Positions 41,613 to 55,459 are shown, counted from the stretch's first letter. The stretch is 64,000 nucleotides of DNA from Azolla caroliniana (GCA_043228905.1 JBHGNT010000005.1:1426001-1490000); one strand, 5' to 3'. The notes: generated by a model from the letters alone, not told the origin. Translations and numbers: made by a program.

Positions 41613-44062
41613 TAGCTCAACTGTTGTTTTCTACGGATTTAGTTTTCATTTATCTATAGAAGACTGCGTCCAAAAAATAGGGCCAATAGTTTCTATACCC
41701 AAATTTTCAACCTGTTGCAAGGAAAGTCTGTTAGTCTTTCTATCCGTCTGTCTGTCTGTTTTATGTTAGAGCTGTACCTGATGGTCAGCCAAGTCCATGC
41801 TAGTATATTACAGAAGTCAAGAACATGCCAGATCACCTATTTCCGATATTTGCATGGAACACAGAATGCAAGATGCAAAATAAAATAAATCAGGGTAGAA
41901 TCTCCTCATCTTGTTAGGTGAAAGATGGGGAGTGGAAGATCTATTTATTGGAGCTCTCAAGTAATGCTATGAAAAATTTGATCGTTGAAGAAAGGCTAAT
42001 TGGTGGCATTGAGAACGAAACGGCAAGATGCTAAAAAGTCAAAAACTGGAATATTGCATTGCAAACATCAACCCTGAAAGAGGGCACAAATGCCAGAAGG
42101 TATCTGACCACATCTGGAAAATCTCCATGGGAGATCGCCATGCTATCATGTTTTTTTGAATTCCACAAACCCAATACCATTCGGAATCCATGCCTGGCCA
42201 TTGCCAAACATGCTAATGAAGGGAAATGGTTGTGGTGATTAGCCAAAAAAACAATGCAAGGAATGGAAATATGCAGGCAGAAACCAGAGATTTCCCAATA
42301 TATAGCGCCATATAAGACATCTAAGCATGCTTACATGGAAATAGATCCCAAACGGAAAACATGCTATACTAGGATCATTCATCATAACAATATAATGAAA
42401 AATCCATGCACCTTGTAGCTCTCAATGAAAACAAAAAAAAATCTTCCTTGCCTCAAACAATTGGACATGGCATATAGCAGCAACCATGGGAGCTAGTGTC
42501 ATCAACATATAAGCATATATATTAGCCAAACATGATGCGTACACACACACACAAAAGCATAAACAGGAGAGACATTGAGAGAGAGCTTACCTTTGCAGAG
42601 AAAAACAGAGGAGCAAGCAGCTATGCAAAAGAAGAAGAAGAAGAAGAAAACTGGTCTTCTTCTCTTTGGCGTTTTGTGGGCTCTTCTTCTTTTGCAAGTT
42701 CCAGCCAGTAGTGCTAGTGGGTTGCCACGTGGCACAGGACTTGACTTTTGTTTCCGACGACTTTTGTTGTTCGAAGGACTTTGACTTTTTCTCTGTACCT
42801 TATGTCTCGTACCCCCACCCAGACTCTTCTCAATCCAAATATGATTTTTTTACAAATAAAAATGAGACTTTGCTTGGTGCTCTAGCATGAACAAAAAGAC
42901 CTCAATGTGAATGGTTTTCTGATTTCACTCACAAAAAGATGCTCGATCTTGTAATAGATTATGTTTGTAAGAAACTAACGTGGCTCCAATGTCAGCGAAT
43001 TTTGATATGTCCACCCATCAACTCGTATGCTCAATGGGGTAGTTCCATGCGCACAACTCGTTACAAATTGTTCTCCGTGGTTATGTTTTGTAAGTTGTCT
43101 TACTGATTGGCATGATGCCAACACTAAAATGGCAATGATTTTTTTAAGAAAATCAGTAACTCATACAATGCACTACCTTTTTTATTGAATTCAAGTTGCA
43201 ACTTGACTTATCGTTCAAGTTTAAGCCTTGCCTTGAACTTCTCATATGAATGTTGCTTTTATAAAATAAAAGTATTTGATAAGGTAATATTGTTGCGATA
43301 GAATGCATTCTTAAATTTGGTGTCCAATGAAAATGTCTAGGTCAATTTCCATCCATCATCTCGTATCTAATAAATTATATACATTTTCTTAATAAAGGGT
43401 CACATCACATGAAGTTTTGGGCTTTTCTTGTTGTTGGAAAGAGATGGGTAAGAGGCAAATGAGAAAAAAAGATGCACAACATGTGAATGTGGTAAGAAAG
43501 AAGATGATACCCTAGCTAATGGTTTTGCTTACATTGTTGTGGTAAACATCATGAAATTTTAAGACTCTTTAGTTTTACGAAAGGCATGTGATCCAAACCT
43601 TTATGAAAAATGTCGACATTCTACATGATTAGATAGGGTGAACTCTATGACTAGAATTGTTTTATTACAAATGCACACATGTATCCATAATACAAAATAT
43701 CCATACGCACATACATACATTTTCAAAGCCATTTATTGCGTGACGTGAGACTTGTGGTCCATGCTTACCCCAGTTGTAACTTGTCATAAAACCTTTTTCC
43801 ATACATATCCCTTGCAAAGATTTATGTATTCCCATATAGCTATAAAAACATCTTCCAAATTTAACTTATATGTAGAGCATAACCATTTGAAAGAAAGGTA
43901 ACAAGCAGGACTTGACTTTGGTACCCATAGTACATGCAAGACTAAAGCAAAAAAGCTCTCCAAAATAAGAGTGCTTTATAATATATATATATCATCACCA
44001 AACACTTGGCAAAAGCCTCAAAATCATTTCTAAGTACTCAACCTAAAGACTCAAACTCATTT

Positions 44063-44746
44063 CTAAGGGCAAATGAAGTTAGGAGTGGGGCGGGGGAAGC
44101 CACAGGTGGTCATGATGGAGGCAATGATGTCGAGCTTGGGGACATGGATGTTGACAATGCCGAGGACATTCACATCTAGGGCCAAGCAAAGGCACACCTC
44201 AATGTCAACGCCGAGAAGCCCTAGAAGAGGGCAACACTGTGGGGCAAGGTAACCACTAAGCAAGGGGCTACAAACTCCAATACTCACTATGTTGATGGGG
44301 CATGTGCGCACACCACCGCCATTGTTACCGTTGCTACCGCCACCGCCACCGCCATTGTTTCCATTGCCCCCACCACCACCATTGTTTCCGTTTCCCCCAC
44401 CTCCACCATTGTTTCCGTTGCCCCCACCTCCACCATTGTGTCCGTTACCCCCACCACCACCATTGTTACCCCCATTATTGTTGCCATCACCACCGTGGTT
44501 ACCCCCATTATTGTTGCCACCACCACCATGGTTACCCCCATTATTGTTGCCATCACCACCGTGGTTACCCCCGTTATTGTTGCCACCACCACCATGGTTA
44601 CCCCCATTATTGTTGCCACCGCTATCACCGGGCACCAGGGGTAGGGTTCCAGGGCATCCACCCCCACAAGCTGAAACACAATTCGATATTGCCAATGCCA
44701 TCACGACACACAAACCCAACATATTGGCCATCATTGGTTTCCCCAT
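44063..44746 (-). CDS. Secreted hybrid glycine/asparagine-rich protein with C-terminal eight-cysteine-motif (HyPRP/HyGRP) domain
   Basis: Signal peptide (MGKPMMANMLGLCVVMALAISNCVSAC), GGGGNNNGGNH repeats, then CPIN...GVC...CCPLL...CLCLAL...CG...FICP. TATATAAA lies about 65 nt upstream of ATG 44746. Confidence 0.9.
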   Translation of the reverse strand: MGKPMMANMLGLCVVMALAISNCVSACGGGCPGTLPLVPGDSGGNNNGGNHGGGGNNNGGNHGGDGNNNGGNHGGGGNNNGGNHGGDGNNNGGNNGGGGGNGHNGGGGGNGNNGGGGGNGNNGGGGGNGNNGGGGGGSNGNNGGGVRTCPINIVSIGVCSPLLSGYLAPQCCPLLGLLGVDIEVCLCLALDVNVLGIVNIHVPKLDIIASIMTTCGFPRPTPNFICP

Positions 44747-46835
44747 GGTGAGTACCTCTTGTAGTGTGGCACAACACCTCACTTACGAAATTCATCTAGT
44801 TTATTGCCCTTTATATACATCCCTCTCCCCACACTTACACATTGACATGGATCTTTTTAATTATGTTCAATCGTCTATCCCATGTGGAGGTGCATGTGCT
44901 TTCATCTGCCCAACTTATAGAAAAATGAAGTTGGTGCTACACAACCACACAATTTGCATTGGCATTTGTTCCTCGAGTATGAATCGAATCATTCTTTGTT
45001 TCTTTCCCTTTGGCTTTTCTCACACTAAAGAAATCCATGAAATCACAAACCAAATAACAACATTAATGCGCATATCTTATTAATCTTTGGCGGTTCCCCC
45101 ACCTTGTTCTCAACATTGAGCATCTCGATCCTCATATTACTTAAAGCATAAAAGTTTGTGCTACTAAGCATAACATCGAGGTTAGAGAACTTGTGTTTGA
45201 GAAATTCACTTTTGTGGTCAAATCAGCATTCCATAAAAATTGTGAGCTTAGAGGACTTTCAAGCGTGATTTTTTTCAAAACAAAAACTCGTGGAAGCATG
45301 ACCAATGTATTCCACTCCATCCAACATATCTAAATCATGGCACATGCACAGTTAACGTTTGTTATAGTAATGAAAAGAAGGTAATTTAAGTTTCTTTTCA
45401 CTCTTTATGGTTCAACCTTCTAGCTTTATATCACCCTCTTCTTTGATAACTATGTATATCAATAGTTGTGCCTATTGGTGTTTTACAACCAACTACCGGA
45501 GACGATGTGTAAAAGCTATAATAATTGTTGGTAAGGTAGCATATCGATGCAAGGAGTCCATCTATTGAGAGTATCTCTTACCAATGTTTATCAATAATAT
45601 TGCTTGTTTTCTAACTTATTTTGTATGCATTATATAATATGAAGACTTCCGTTTGATGGATATGTATAGACTTTGGACCATACATTTATGTCACGTTGAC
45701 TACTCATCCGTACCACCCACACTTGCCCATGAGTTATGCATAATTAGTTGATTATATCATTGAATAATCCACGAGTCTCTTTCTATTAGCATTGTAATAT
45801 GTTGTGTGCAATAGGTTGCATGCTATTTGAATCAATACAATGTCATATGTATTACTACTTAAATGATATTATGCGGGGAACTTAAATCAATACATGTGAT
45901 AGAGTTTGTACGATGGCTATGAATATGGATGAATGGTATGTATCTAGCATGCTCTCTAATGTCTCTCAATTTATATATTTGCTAATGAATAAAGAATGAT
46001 CTTAACTTCTCGTCCATTATTGACTTTCGACCACTATCAAGGGTTCATGTCTCCACAATATTGTTTGTGAAATATTTGGCAAAATACTAAAATACATGGA
46101 TCAACAAGTGCTAACATCTTAGCCTATTTAAAATTAATGAACCATTAGATGCAATTAGATTGGAAATAGAATACTACACAATGGCTCATATTTATATACT
46201 TTGGTAGGTTAATATCTAATGGTTTAGGCTAAAAGGTAGATTATTGTTCATCTCACCAACACCCTACATATCATTACTATTTAAAGGGGAGCCTTTGCAA
46301 CATATATCCATAGATTGACATATTCACATTCGTGGGGCCTACCCCACGAATACATACAAATGCAGACGAATACAGGTAACCACATGTACCATACGTGCAT
46401 TCACATACGAGAATGTTTCAATTATTCGAGTATGGTAATTACAGATGGCAAATATATTCATATATATCTAATTTGTATTCTCGAATATTATGAATATTAC
46501 GGATGGCGAATATCACGCATGGGTCAATATCTTTTGGAAAAAAAAACATAAATCTAATTATATTGAGGTTGTTGGCTTAGTGGCTTACATTAGAGTATCA
46601 AAAGTCTTAAATTTGAAAGAATCTAAATTCATGCCTCGTCATGGGCTTGGCCTCGTGGCTCGTAAAAAGATCATCTATTTATTATGGTCTTCTAGTCATG
46701 TCACATGTGCTAGATGACAAATTCTAGATACAAACTAGTTACTACATTGAACTTCAACAAATCTTTTGAAGGCATAGGGATGCAAATCTTTGAATGAATT
46801 TGTAGAAAGCCTTAATAAACTTCTCAATTCCTTCA

Positions 46836-47058
46836 ATTTACTTAATGCCAAGCAACAACGAATTACAAAGACCTTTGACGGATCCAAATCGCCCTCTTTG
46901 TGAAGATTATGTAGCCTAAATATTCGACAATCTTTGATGACCTACAAATTACAAGTTTACTCAATTCCAACAATTTACTGAATGCCACGCAACAATGAAT
47001 TACAAAGACCTTTGAAGGATCCAAATAACCCTCTTTGTGAACATTATGTGGCTTAAAG
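46836..47058. repeat. Diverged direct repeat, about 85 bp, period about 137 bp
   Basis: AATGCCA.GCAACAA.GAATTACAAAGACCTTTGA.GGATCCAAAT..CCCTCTTTGTGAA.ATTATGT appears twice. Confidence 0.7.
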
Positions 47059-48482
47059 ATTATGAATGTCTGTGGGAGCTTAAGAACAGTTGAAAAAGGT
47101 AAACATACATTGAAGTTAAGAATATTTGGAAGTGTCCATGTATCATTTAAATCACTTTAGACATAATATAAACCATTGTTCGAAAAAAAAAATAAAAATA
47201 AAAATTCAACGAGCTCTTGGCATAAGCATGTGATAATTTCTAAGACACTAATGTGTGGCTCTTTAAAATTCCAAAATGTATATATGTATGACTAGGTTTT
47301 TGTTGAAAACTATAATACAATCCTCAAAATTGGAAAGAAGTTTACCTAATACTGGATCAAACAATTCATTCATTAACATCATGAAGATTGTAGTTGATGC
47401 ATATTTACAAAATGGAATGGTAAAATTAAAAATTGAACAAAATGGATTGGAAAAATTGTCTTAGGTGTATTCTCTTTAGAGATATGAGATACATATTTGA
47501 TGCTACTTGTGAAGGGTTGAATAAAAAATGAATGTTGAACAAAATTAGGAAAGAATTTTAGACAAGAGGAATGAGAGCTAAAAGATTATGTCAATAATTG
47601 ACATTGAGCTAGAATGGTTCGACAAACTCATCACTTCTATATGTATATTATTACAATATAACATCCCTAGACCTATGCATGGTTTTCCCCTAGCATCAAG
47701 TGCATGCTTACCATTTAGCATCAACACATACTACTTGGCTACCTTGCACGTTTATCAATTATCTTTTATGTATAACTATTCTCGAGGTGTTTACAATAAT
47801 GTAAAGATTGATAATGTTGCAGATATCATAGCTATAAAGGATCTCGTGGATATAATACTTATATATTGGTTATGGTTAGTGATAGTAATCGAAGCAACTT
47901 ACTTTACTTGCTTGAATTTCCTTAGTGTTTAATGTGATTAAATGCGGTGTTGATTTGTCTCAATCAAGTCTACGTGTACAAGTGGTTAAGTAAGATTTGC
48001 TTTTAGTGATTCGTAGTGACGACAATAAGTTTAGGAACGATCTAATACTAATATTACATGTGCCGTGAACAATAGAGTAGATGTCAATGTGGCTTGACCT
48101 AACAATCTAGACGTGGAGAGAGAACTTTGCCAAGTACATAGTGCAATTGAGACATAAGCCCTCCTCACCATGCATGGAACATGGAACATGTATGGATTGA
48201 AAGTTTGGAGCATTGTCGAACGAGATATAACAAATAACAGTTCAAGTGTTATGCATGTAAAAGGCCAGATACACTCAATGTTAATGGTGAAGAGAATAAG
48301 ACATTAAACACTTATTAATCAAGGTGATTGGAGATTATATGTATTACATGTGCAAAACACTGTTGATTCATTATAGATGCGAGCTCGAAGAAACTAGAAT
48401 AGTCATGAGTCGCTCTCAACCTCGACTACTTGTTGGAACTCGAGGTCAGCTTGCATTTGGCATTGTATGTCAAGTATGTGTA

Positions 48483-49097
48483 TTAGCCACCGGAATCAAG
48501 TCCACACCATTGAAGAGAACCGTCAATGTTGGCAACACACTCATTGAGGTCGAGTGCAGTGGGGGTACGTTCACCAGTTGTGTCGAGGCACATCGCACTT
48601 AGGATGCTCGTCCTCACTATTTTCGCCATTCCACACGTATCCACGAACCCGCCCACCGACGGAGTGCACAAAAGGTTCCCTTCCACATTGCTCACGTGTT
48701 CATTGAGGTCGAGCGTCGACTCCTGGGGATCGCCGCCAACCTCCTTACAATTGCTCGTGAGTATTGACTCTCCAACTATGCGTGGCTTCCGGCAAGTCAT
48801 CCCGAAGTTACATTGCATCTAATAGCATAGTACCAAAAATGGATGAAGAATTAGCATCGGTAACACATAAGACTTAAACGGCATGGACAAACTTAAGGGG
48901 CATTTAAATGTGTCCTTAGGGTCATTGGCAATACAAGATTAAATAAACGACAATCACACATTCATTAATGAATAGTATCGATAATTTCTTTCAATGAAAT
49001 GGAGGCAAATGTAGAGTCTAGAGCTTACTCCATAGGTGCCATGGATTAAGATGACTATCAAGGTCACCATGCCCAAAAGCTGCGATATATGTGCCAT
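48483..49097 (-). CDS. CVNH: Secreted cyanovirin-N homologue (CVNH) lectin, 134 aa; join(49097..49029,48818..48483)
   Basis: Two internal repeats F..TC...L...C......S.LDLN..V.N..G.L, which define the CVNH fold. An upstream 23-codon exon encodes a signal peptide (MAHISQLLGMVTLIVILIHGTYG|GTAAGC) and joins in phase 0 at TTAG|ATG. Confidence 0.9.
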
Positions 49098-51310
49098 TAA
49101 TATAATTAGCTTCTCTTAAGTTTCTCTTAATGTTGATATGTGCGAGTGTAATTAGCAATTAGGAAGATATATAGAACATGGGTATGTGTTTTGTCAACTA
49201 ACTAAATGTATGTGTTTCATGTGTGTGATTTGATATGCGAACCAACCTACCCTTCACCTACAAAAGATTTTGTTAGAGAAAGAAAAACCTTGGAAATCTG
49301 TTGTTCTGTTTGATGGAAAATTCGTTAAAAGTAAATAAGATCATCCATGATCATGTCGGACCACGTGATCGATGACTTCGTTTGCAGAGAGCCCTAAGTG
49401 CAATCGATCGATAGAAAACAATGAATGAATATTTCCACCACCATGGCTCATTACATGTTATATCTGTGTGCAAATTTGGTTCCATGTTATATCTGTAGTA
49501 GTAGGTTGTACCATGTGTTTTCGGTTCCCAACTCACCAGATTTGCGCATATAATATGAATAGCAAACAGACTACAGTAGGTGCTCAAGGCTATATTGCTA
49601 TGGCTTAATCTTTGTGGTCATGTACTGTGTCCCTAAGTTTGATCTCTGTAAGATGAGTTTGTGCTTGGCTTGATTACCCGCCATCATCAAAGCTTCTTTC
49701 AATCCTGGCATCTGTACTGATATATTGCATCTTAAAACAAAGGGTGAGAAATATTTTTAAATGCATATCAATTCTGCATGCTGCTTCCATGGTGTTCTTG
49801 GAAGGGGGGAATTCATTATCAGTCTTTAATGTGGCTGAACTATTTGATTGAAACGCAAACACAAATCATTCTGATACTTCTATACATAAATCATTCTGGG
49901 GAAGTTAAAAATCTTATTAGAAACCAATGAATTACTCGATATAGAAGGTCCAACTTTAGAACAATCCAGCAAGACTACAAGTGCATCTAAAAACCCCAAT
50001 TCTTGTAGAAAGGTTCTTAAAATCACTACAAAAGTGATCAATATATCGGCATCGTAGAGCACATACGTAAATCCCCTTGTAAGTTTGGGCAGAGTCAGGA
50101 AAAATCCATTGCAACATGTTGCTGCAGAGTCCGGCTCCCCTCAATCTCGTCAACCGATCAAACCCCCTCTAATTACATCCTGATGCAGGCTCAATCACGG
50201 TGGCTCCCATCCATCTTGCACAGTCCCCATGCCACACAACTGGTTTATTAATCATTCGCTAACCTTTCATCATAGATTTTTATCCGATAATTTTCAGTGC
50301 ATTGTGATCCACATAGGTGTTAATTAAGAGACCGTATCATTATAGCAGGATATAATTTCCCCAATAGTGTTTCGAAACCACAAATCTCGTTTTATTTTGA
50401 TTTGACTTTAGCGAGCAAGCAACTGATATATGCATCAGTTGAGTTTGACAACTATTTATCACAAGAATAGTAGTTATGACAATTGACTAACAGGATCATG
50501 CTCAAATTTACACATTTGATTTATGTACAATGTTTTTCTCTTTAATTCTTTTCTTTTCTTTCTTTATATCTTTTAATAACCCAATCAATCCATGGTGTTG
50601 ATGTTAATTAGTATTAGTGTTGCAACTTGAGATGGTTTTATAACTTGAAAGAATATACACATGATTGTGTACATGTTGTACAGTAAATGAATTGGGAAAC
50701 CAGCTGGAATAAGGTTGTTTTATAATATACAAAATGTGTGATGCTGTTGGTGTTGTGGCAATGGGAATATTCTGATGACTGCTCCAATGACTAATATTAG
50801 TAGTTTGCGCATTCATTAATGGATTTTCATTAATTCACCTGAAAATAAAGACATCCGGAATGTAAGTCAATTAAAATTTTAAGATTGATCAAGTGGGCAA
50901 AAGAATGGCTCTCTTTCTCTCTCAAAATTATGTGAATGTATTGTAGATTGTGTCATAATTTAGACATCCTCAATGTTTCAATGTTAGATTTCAAACATGC
51001 AGTTATGCAGTATCTAAGGAAGTGTAAGGGAGTATTGATTTGGTTCTTCTTTAGTTTATTGGATATCCAACTAGCCATGTAGCTGAGACATCACGATATT
51101 CGTAGTGCTAATGCAGCGTTTTTCTATTGTGGCCAGAATTGTTGGTAAGTTTATCAATGAAGTGTGGAATGCATCTAACTGGAATCACAAGCAAAATGCA
51201 CAGTTGCATTCGTACGATTTTCCATCCCCCCATTGCAGAAAGAGGTATATTGATGACATTGCATTTTTCACGAGGCTCATTTCTAGTCTAGGGATTTTAT
51301 AATCGGCGTC

Positions 51311-53487
51311 TCACTTAAATGGTTGGTAAGGATCTTTCTACACAATGAAATCTCTTCCATTAACATAATTTGATTATTTGACAATTTGAGATGATGAGCT
51401 CGAAAGGTTGTCCATTAATCTCTCTTGATTCAACATATATATTACCTTGTGTTCGGTGATAAATCTTTGAACTTTATCTGTCTCTTCCTCAACCTTTTTG
51501 GAGGCATGCTCCTCCACCACATGTGCTACATCATCCACAACCTCCAAAGCCTTCGTAACTTCGCTAGCTAGTTCATCGACATTCTCTAATACAAATTACC
51601 ATGTCGTTCATTAAGGACAAGGACGTTAACCAAATAGATTCAAATTTTTTTATGAGATTTAGACAAGAAAAATTGTTCATAATACCATTTTGGAAGTAGC
51701 TAGTGACTTAAGCTATTTTGTTTGTTTGGGATTTTGATTTAAAAAGAATATCTATGATTAGGTGTAATTACCTTCCAATTTTGAAATAATCTTCTTTTCA
51801 CTTGTCATAAGCTTTCTAATGAGATTGAAAGCAATGATTAGGGGACCTGCACCATAAATCAAGGACCTAGAAACCAAGCATTAAACAAACAAACTATCAT
51901 ATAGAGAAGTATATTCATCCTGGCCCAAATGATATAATCGTGTTCTCATCAAAATATAAATCATAATATAGTTGAAATAGGTTTGATGCACTACTACAGA
52001 ATGAGCTGTTTCTGGCACTATATACCAGCATTTATGGAGAAGTGCCGGAAATATTGCCATATTATGGAAGTGCCCAAACCCCTGGCAATACCCAAAAATG
52101 GCACATTTTGGGGTTTCAGGTAGTACTTTATAGTATTCTGCCTAAATGCGGGCAAATGTTTATTTGGAGCTGCCAAAACAACCCATTCATGTTGTTGTGC
52201 TTCTTGTCATGAATATCATCTTACCAGTTAGAAAATTTGGGGTCACTAGTATTATTTGAGGGATTCGTGGATTCCTCGTTGCTTCCATTGCCAGCAGCAG
52301 CAGCACCACTAGTAGCATATTAATCAGTTCAACAACATAAATATCATCAGCATGTACAAAGCAAGAAGGAATTATAAGACAAACAAAAAAAAGGGCTCCA
52401 TAATGGGTGTATGCTTATTGTAGATGTTATTATTTTTTAATGGAGATAAAATCAATCTTAACAACCTCCTCCATGTCACGAATAAGGATGTGAGAGTGGG
52501 CCAAAGTTGAACAATGGAAAAAATGGGCACGAGGACGTGGATGAGAAGCTTCAACACATCCCAATACCGGAAATTGGTGATGTGAAACTTGGACATTGAC
52601 TTCGACATTTGTCGCTTCGGGGGGGTAATCTGTGACGATGATGGTGATGGCAACGATGATGAATCATTATCATGCTTACTACCCTTTGCAACTGTAGATT
52701 CAACCTTATCAACCACCTCTTCAATTGAATCTATCTCTTTGCTTACCTAAGTAATTTTGTTAAGCATCATGTCAACACAAAGATGTATACTGCCCTCCGG
52801 CCACCTCATTATATCTTCATGCACGCATAACACAAATAACTCATGCTATTTCGATAAATCAAATAGAAGTGAAGCTATTCAAATCCTGATGTTTTTATGT
52901 ATATCTGTGCAGTACAACATGTGTCCAACTGATGGGTGGAAATTGTTTTTGTACATAGAAGATTGCCAGTGTAATTATTGCTTTTTAATACTGAGAACAG
53001 ACGATAACCAAATAATCGATGTACTTTGGAGCTATGATGTGTTATTGATAATGGTAGCTTTAGGTCATGATATGATTCTAGGATGTTATAAGCTAAATCA
53101 ACTACTCAGTGGGTTGAATCAAGGAAAATTACAGTCTTTACAACTCTTATAATGTAACAATATGGTATTAACCCAGAAGGTTAAACCCTTTTCCGGATTA
53201 ACTTGACCTTACTCAGACCTTTCTCTTAGTTGACCATGTACTAAATTGGGTAATTTCCAGTACTTCATTTGAGCAAATTCTCATGTATATGTACTATCAT
53301 ATGCATATCATTTACCTCATGGACAACATCTTTGGCTTTAATGACATCACTCTTTAGTTTCGCCGAAATCTTTTCCACTGCCACAGCCACCTTCTCTACT
53401 ATGGCCGCATCCTCTCCGATCACTGTTGCTACTTCATAAACCTCATCTGCACATATAATTTACAATTTGGAAGAGTCTAATCCATAT

Positions 53488-53551
<64 letters not shown>

Positions 53552-53713
53552 ACTAATTTATAAGAATAAGTCACTTATTAGATAATACAGCAATATGTAT
53601 GTCTTAATCTTCTTAATGAATGAATTAATTACAAGAAGAGGTTAATTACCTTCTGCTTTGCGAATGAAGTTCACACTTCTTGGTGGTGGTGTCGACGAGG
53701 ACGAATCCGACAT
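51311..53713 (-). CDS. Uncharacterised 273-aa membrane protein with two amphipathic-helix modules; join(53713..53650,53446..53316,52746..52466,52308..52225,51866..51772,51585..51446,51337..51311)
   Basis: Seven exons, all GT-AG, with six junction phases matching (1,0,2,2,1,0) and no internal stop over 822 nt. The last exon and the start codon are the least certain parts. Confidence 0.75.
51989..52199. mobile_element. Small non-autonomous CACTA-like element in intron 4 of the uncharacterised gene
   Basis: Left end CACTACTACAGAATGAGCTGTTTCTGGCA; right end reverse complement CACAACAACATGAATGGGTTGTTTTGGCA; internal TGCC/GGCA repeats. No intact 3-bp TSD. Confidence 0.6.
53494..53547. repeat. (TG)n microsatellite in intron 1 of the uncharacterised gene
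   Basis: Uninterrupted GT dinucleotide run. Confidence 0.95.
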
Positions 53714-55459
53714 GTCTACCACAAGAAAGATATTTTCTCTGGTATGTTGCCAATTAAATGAGCAGAGGGAGGCAGTGTTAAAGATTAGATGATACGAGGA
53801 AGTGGCACTAGAATCCTATGGTCAACAATAAACCAGTGCTTTCTTGTGCACCAAAAATGCCCAACTAATCATTGCCCTGGCTTCGAGCAGAGAAAATCAT
53901 GTTACTTTAGGAACACTTATCAAATTAAGTTGAACAATTCTTTACGAGCACGCCACACACACACACACACACACACACGGACAGGCTGTCTCTTTGTTTA
54001 AACATTACACACAGAGGTATTGACGTAGAGGCAACGAGAAACTACCGATTCTTCCAATTGAAATGATGGTACTAGATTTCTCAACTTATTGATAGAAGAA
54101 CAATTGTAATTTAGCAAAGGTTGATCCAATAGAATCGTGATGTAGAAGTTATGCTCCGGGTAGATAGATCTGGGATGTTTGTTTAATTATAATTCATATC
54201 TTGAGTGAGAAAGTCTAGATGAGAAATTATTCTTGTGAGATTGATTCATGCGTTTTATCATCATCCACTTCGAAAGTCAAAGACGACATATGGGACCAAG
54301 CACAATACACTTTGGTTGACGAGAGAGAGAGATGTGTGTTTGTGTATTCCATTGAATGGGTCCAATTTGCGATATAATGCTACTAGATGCGCAAACTGCG
54401 AAAAGGTGCTAATATATATATATATAATCTTTAATTGGCATTGAACGAAACCTTCACTTTTATTTCATTTATATCTGTGCCTTCAAGTCTTACATTGCAT
54501 CGTTTCAACTCGTTGCCATCATAAAGAACACAAGATTATTGAGAAGAATATGCATCAACTCAAGAAACACGTGCACCAAAATTTGTGATGATCGACCCTT
54601 TAGAATCCCATTCACATCATCCTCAATCTCAACATCAACTCCCAGAAACCGGGACACAAATGAGATTAAATTCACAAACAATAAAATGATCATCACCATT
54701 TGGCAAATGACACAAGATATTGATGAACTCTGTATCACCCAAATAATCCATTTTGAGCACCAATAATATATTTTTCAAGAAAACTCATCATCCGCCAATT
54801 TTTTGTTTTAAAATATATATACAGATGGAGTTACACACGTCACTTGCAATACATTGATCATGACTGGTTCTGGTTCTGTACCACACCCTCAAAAACCAGA
54901 TTTGGAAGGACACCATTAGTTAGTACCGATCTCAAGTAAAAACACAACAATCTTATATATTGCATACAATATCACTAGATCATCAACTTTATCATAAAGT
55001 TACTCATCATTACAAGTCCATAAATATGTTGACTAAATATTGACCCATTTGATATTTTGGCTTTCCTTTTAACTCAGTAATTTGTGTGGTTACAACAAAA
55101 ACAATATTTCTTCCTCGCTTTTACAGCGTACAACGAGATTTATAAGGCTGTAACTTGTAACCCCTGTATTCACTTTCAGATGGAACATTTTATCACATAA
55201 CATCTTGTTTATGAGAATAAGAACCCTCCCAAACCAAGAGAATGTGGGAATGCTGTTAATACACACAATGGCTACGAAAATCATGCACATGGCACGGCAA
55301 AAGGAATGTGATATATAATGCACGTGAGTCCATGTGCAATCACACACCATTATTCTTAGAGTCCATGTACAGTTAAATTTTTACAAAATCATATTCTCAT
55401 AGCTTTTTGACCTAGAATGGAAGGGGGGAGGGGGGGGGGGGGGGGGGGGGGGACAATGA

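Noticed and set aside
42591-42735. Hydrophobic frame in the LACS 5' exon that could splice in phase to supply an anchor
   Set aside because: No ATG, the Phe run derives from a CTT microsatellite, and the required acceptor at 41621 lacks a pyrimidine tract.
44289-45083. Pro/Leu-, His/Cys- and Thr/Val-rich ORFs
   Set aside because: Alternative frames and antisense of the Gly/Asn repeat.
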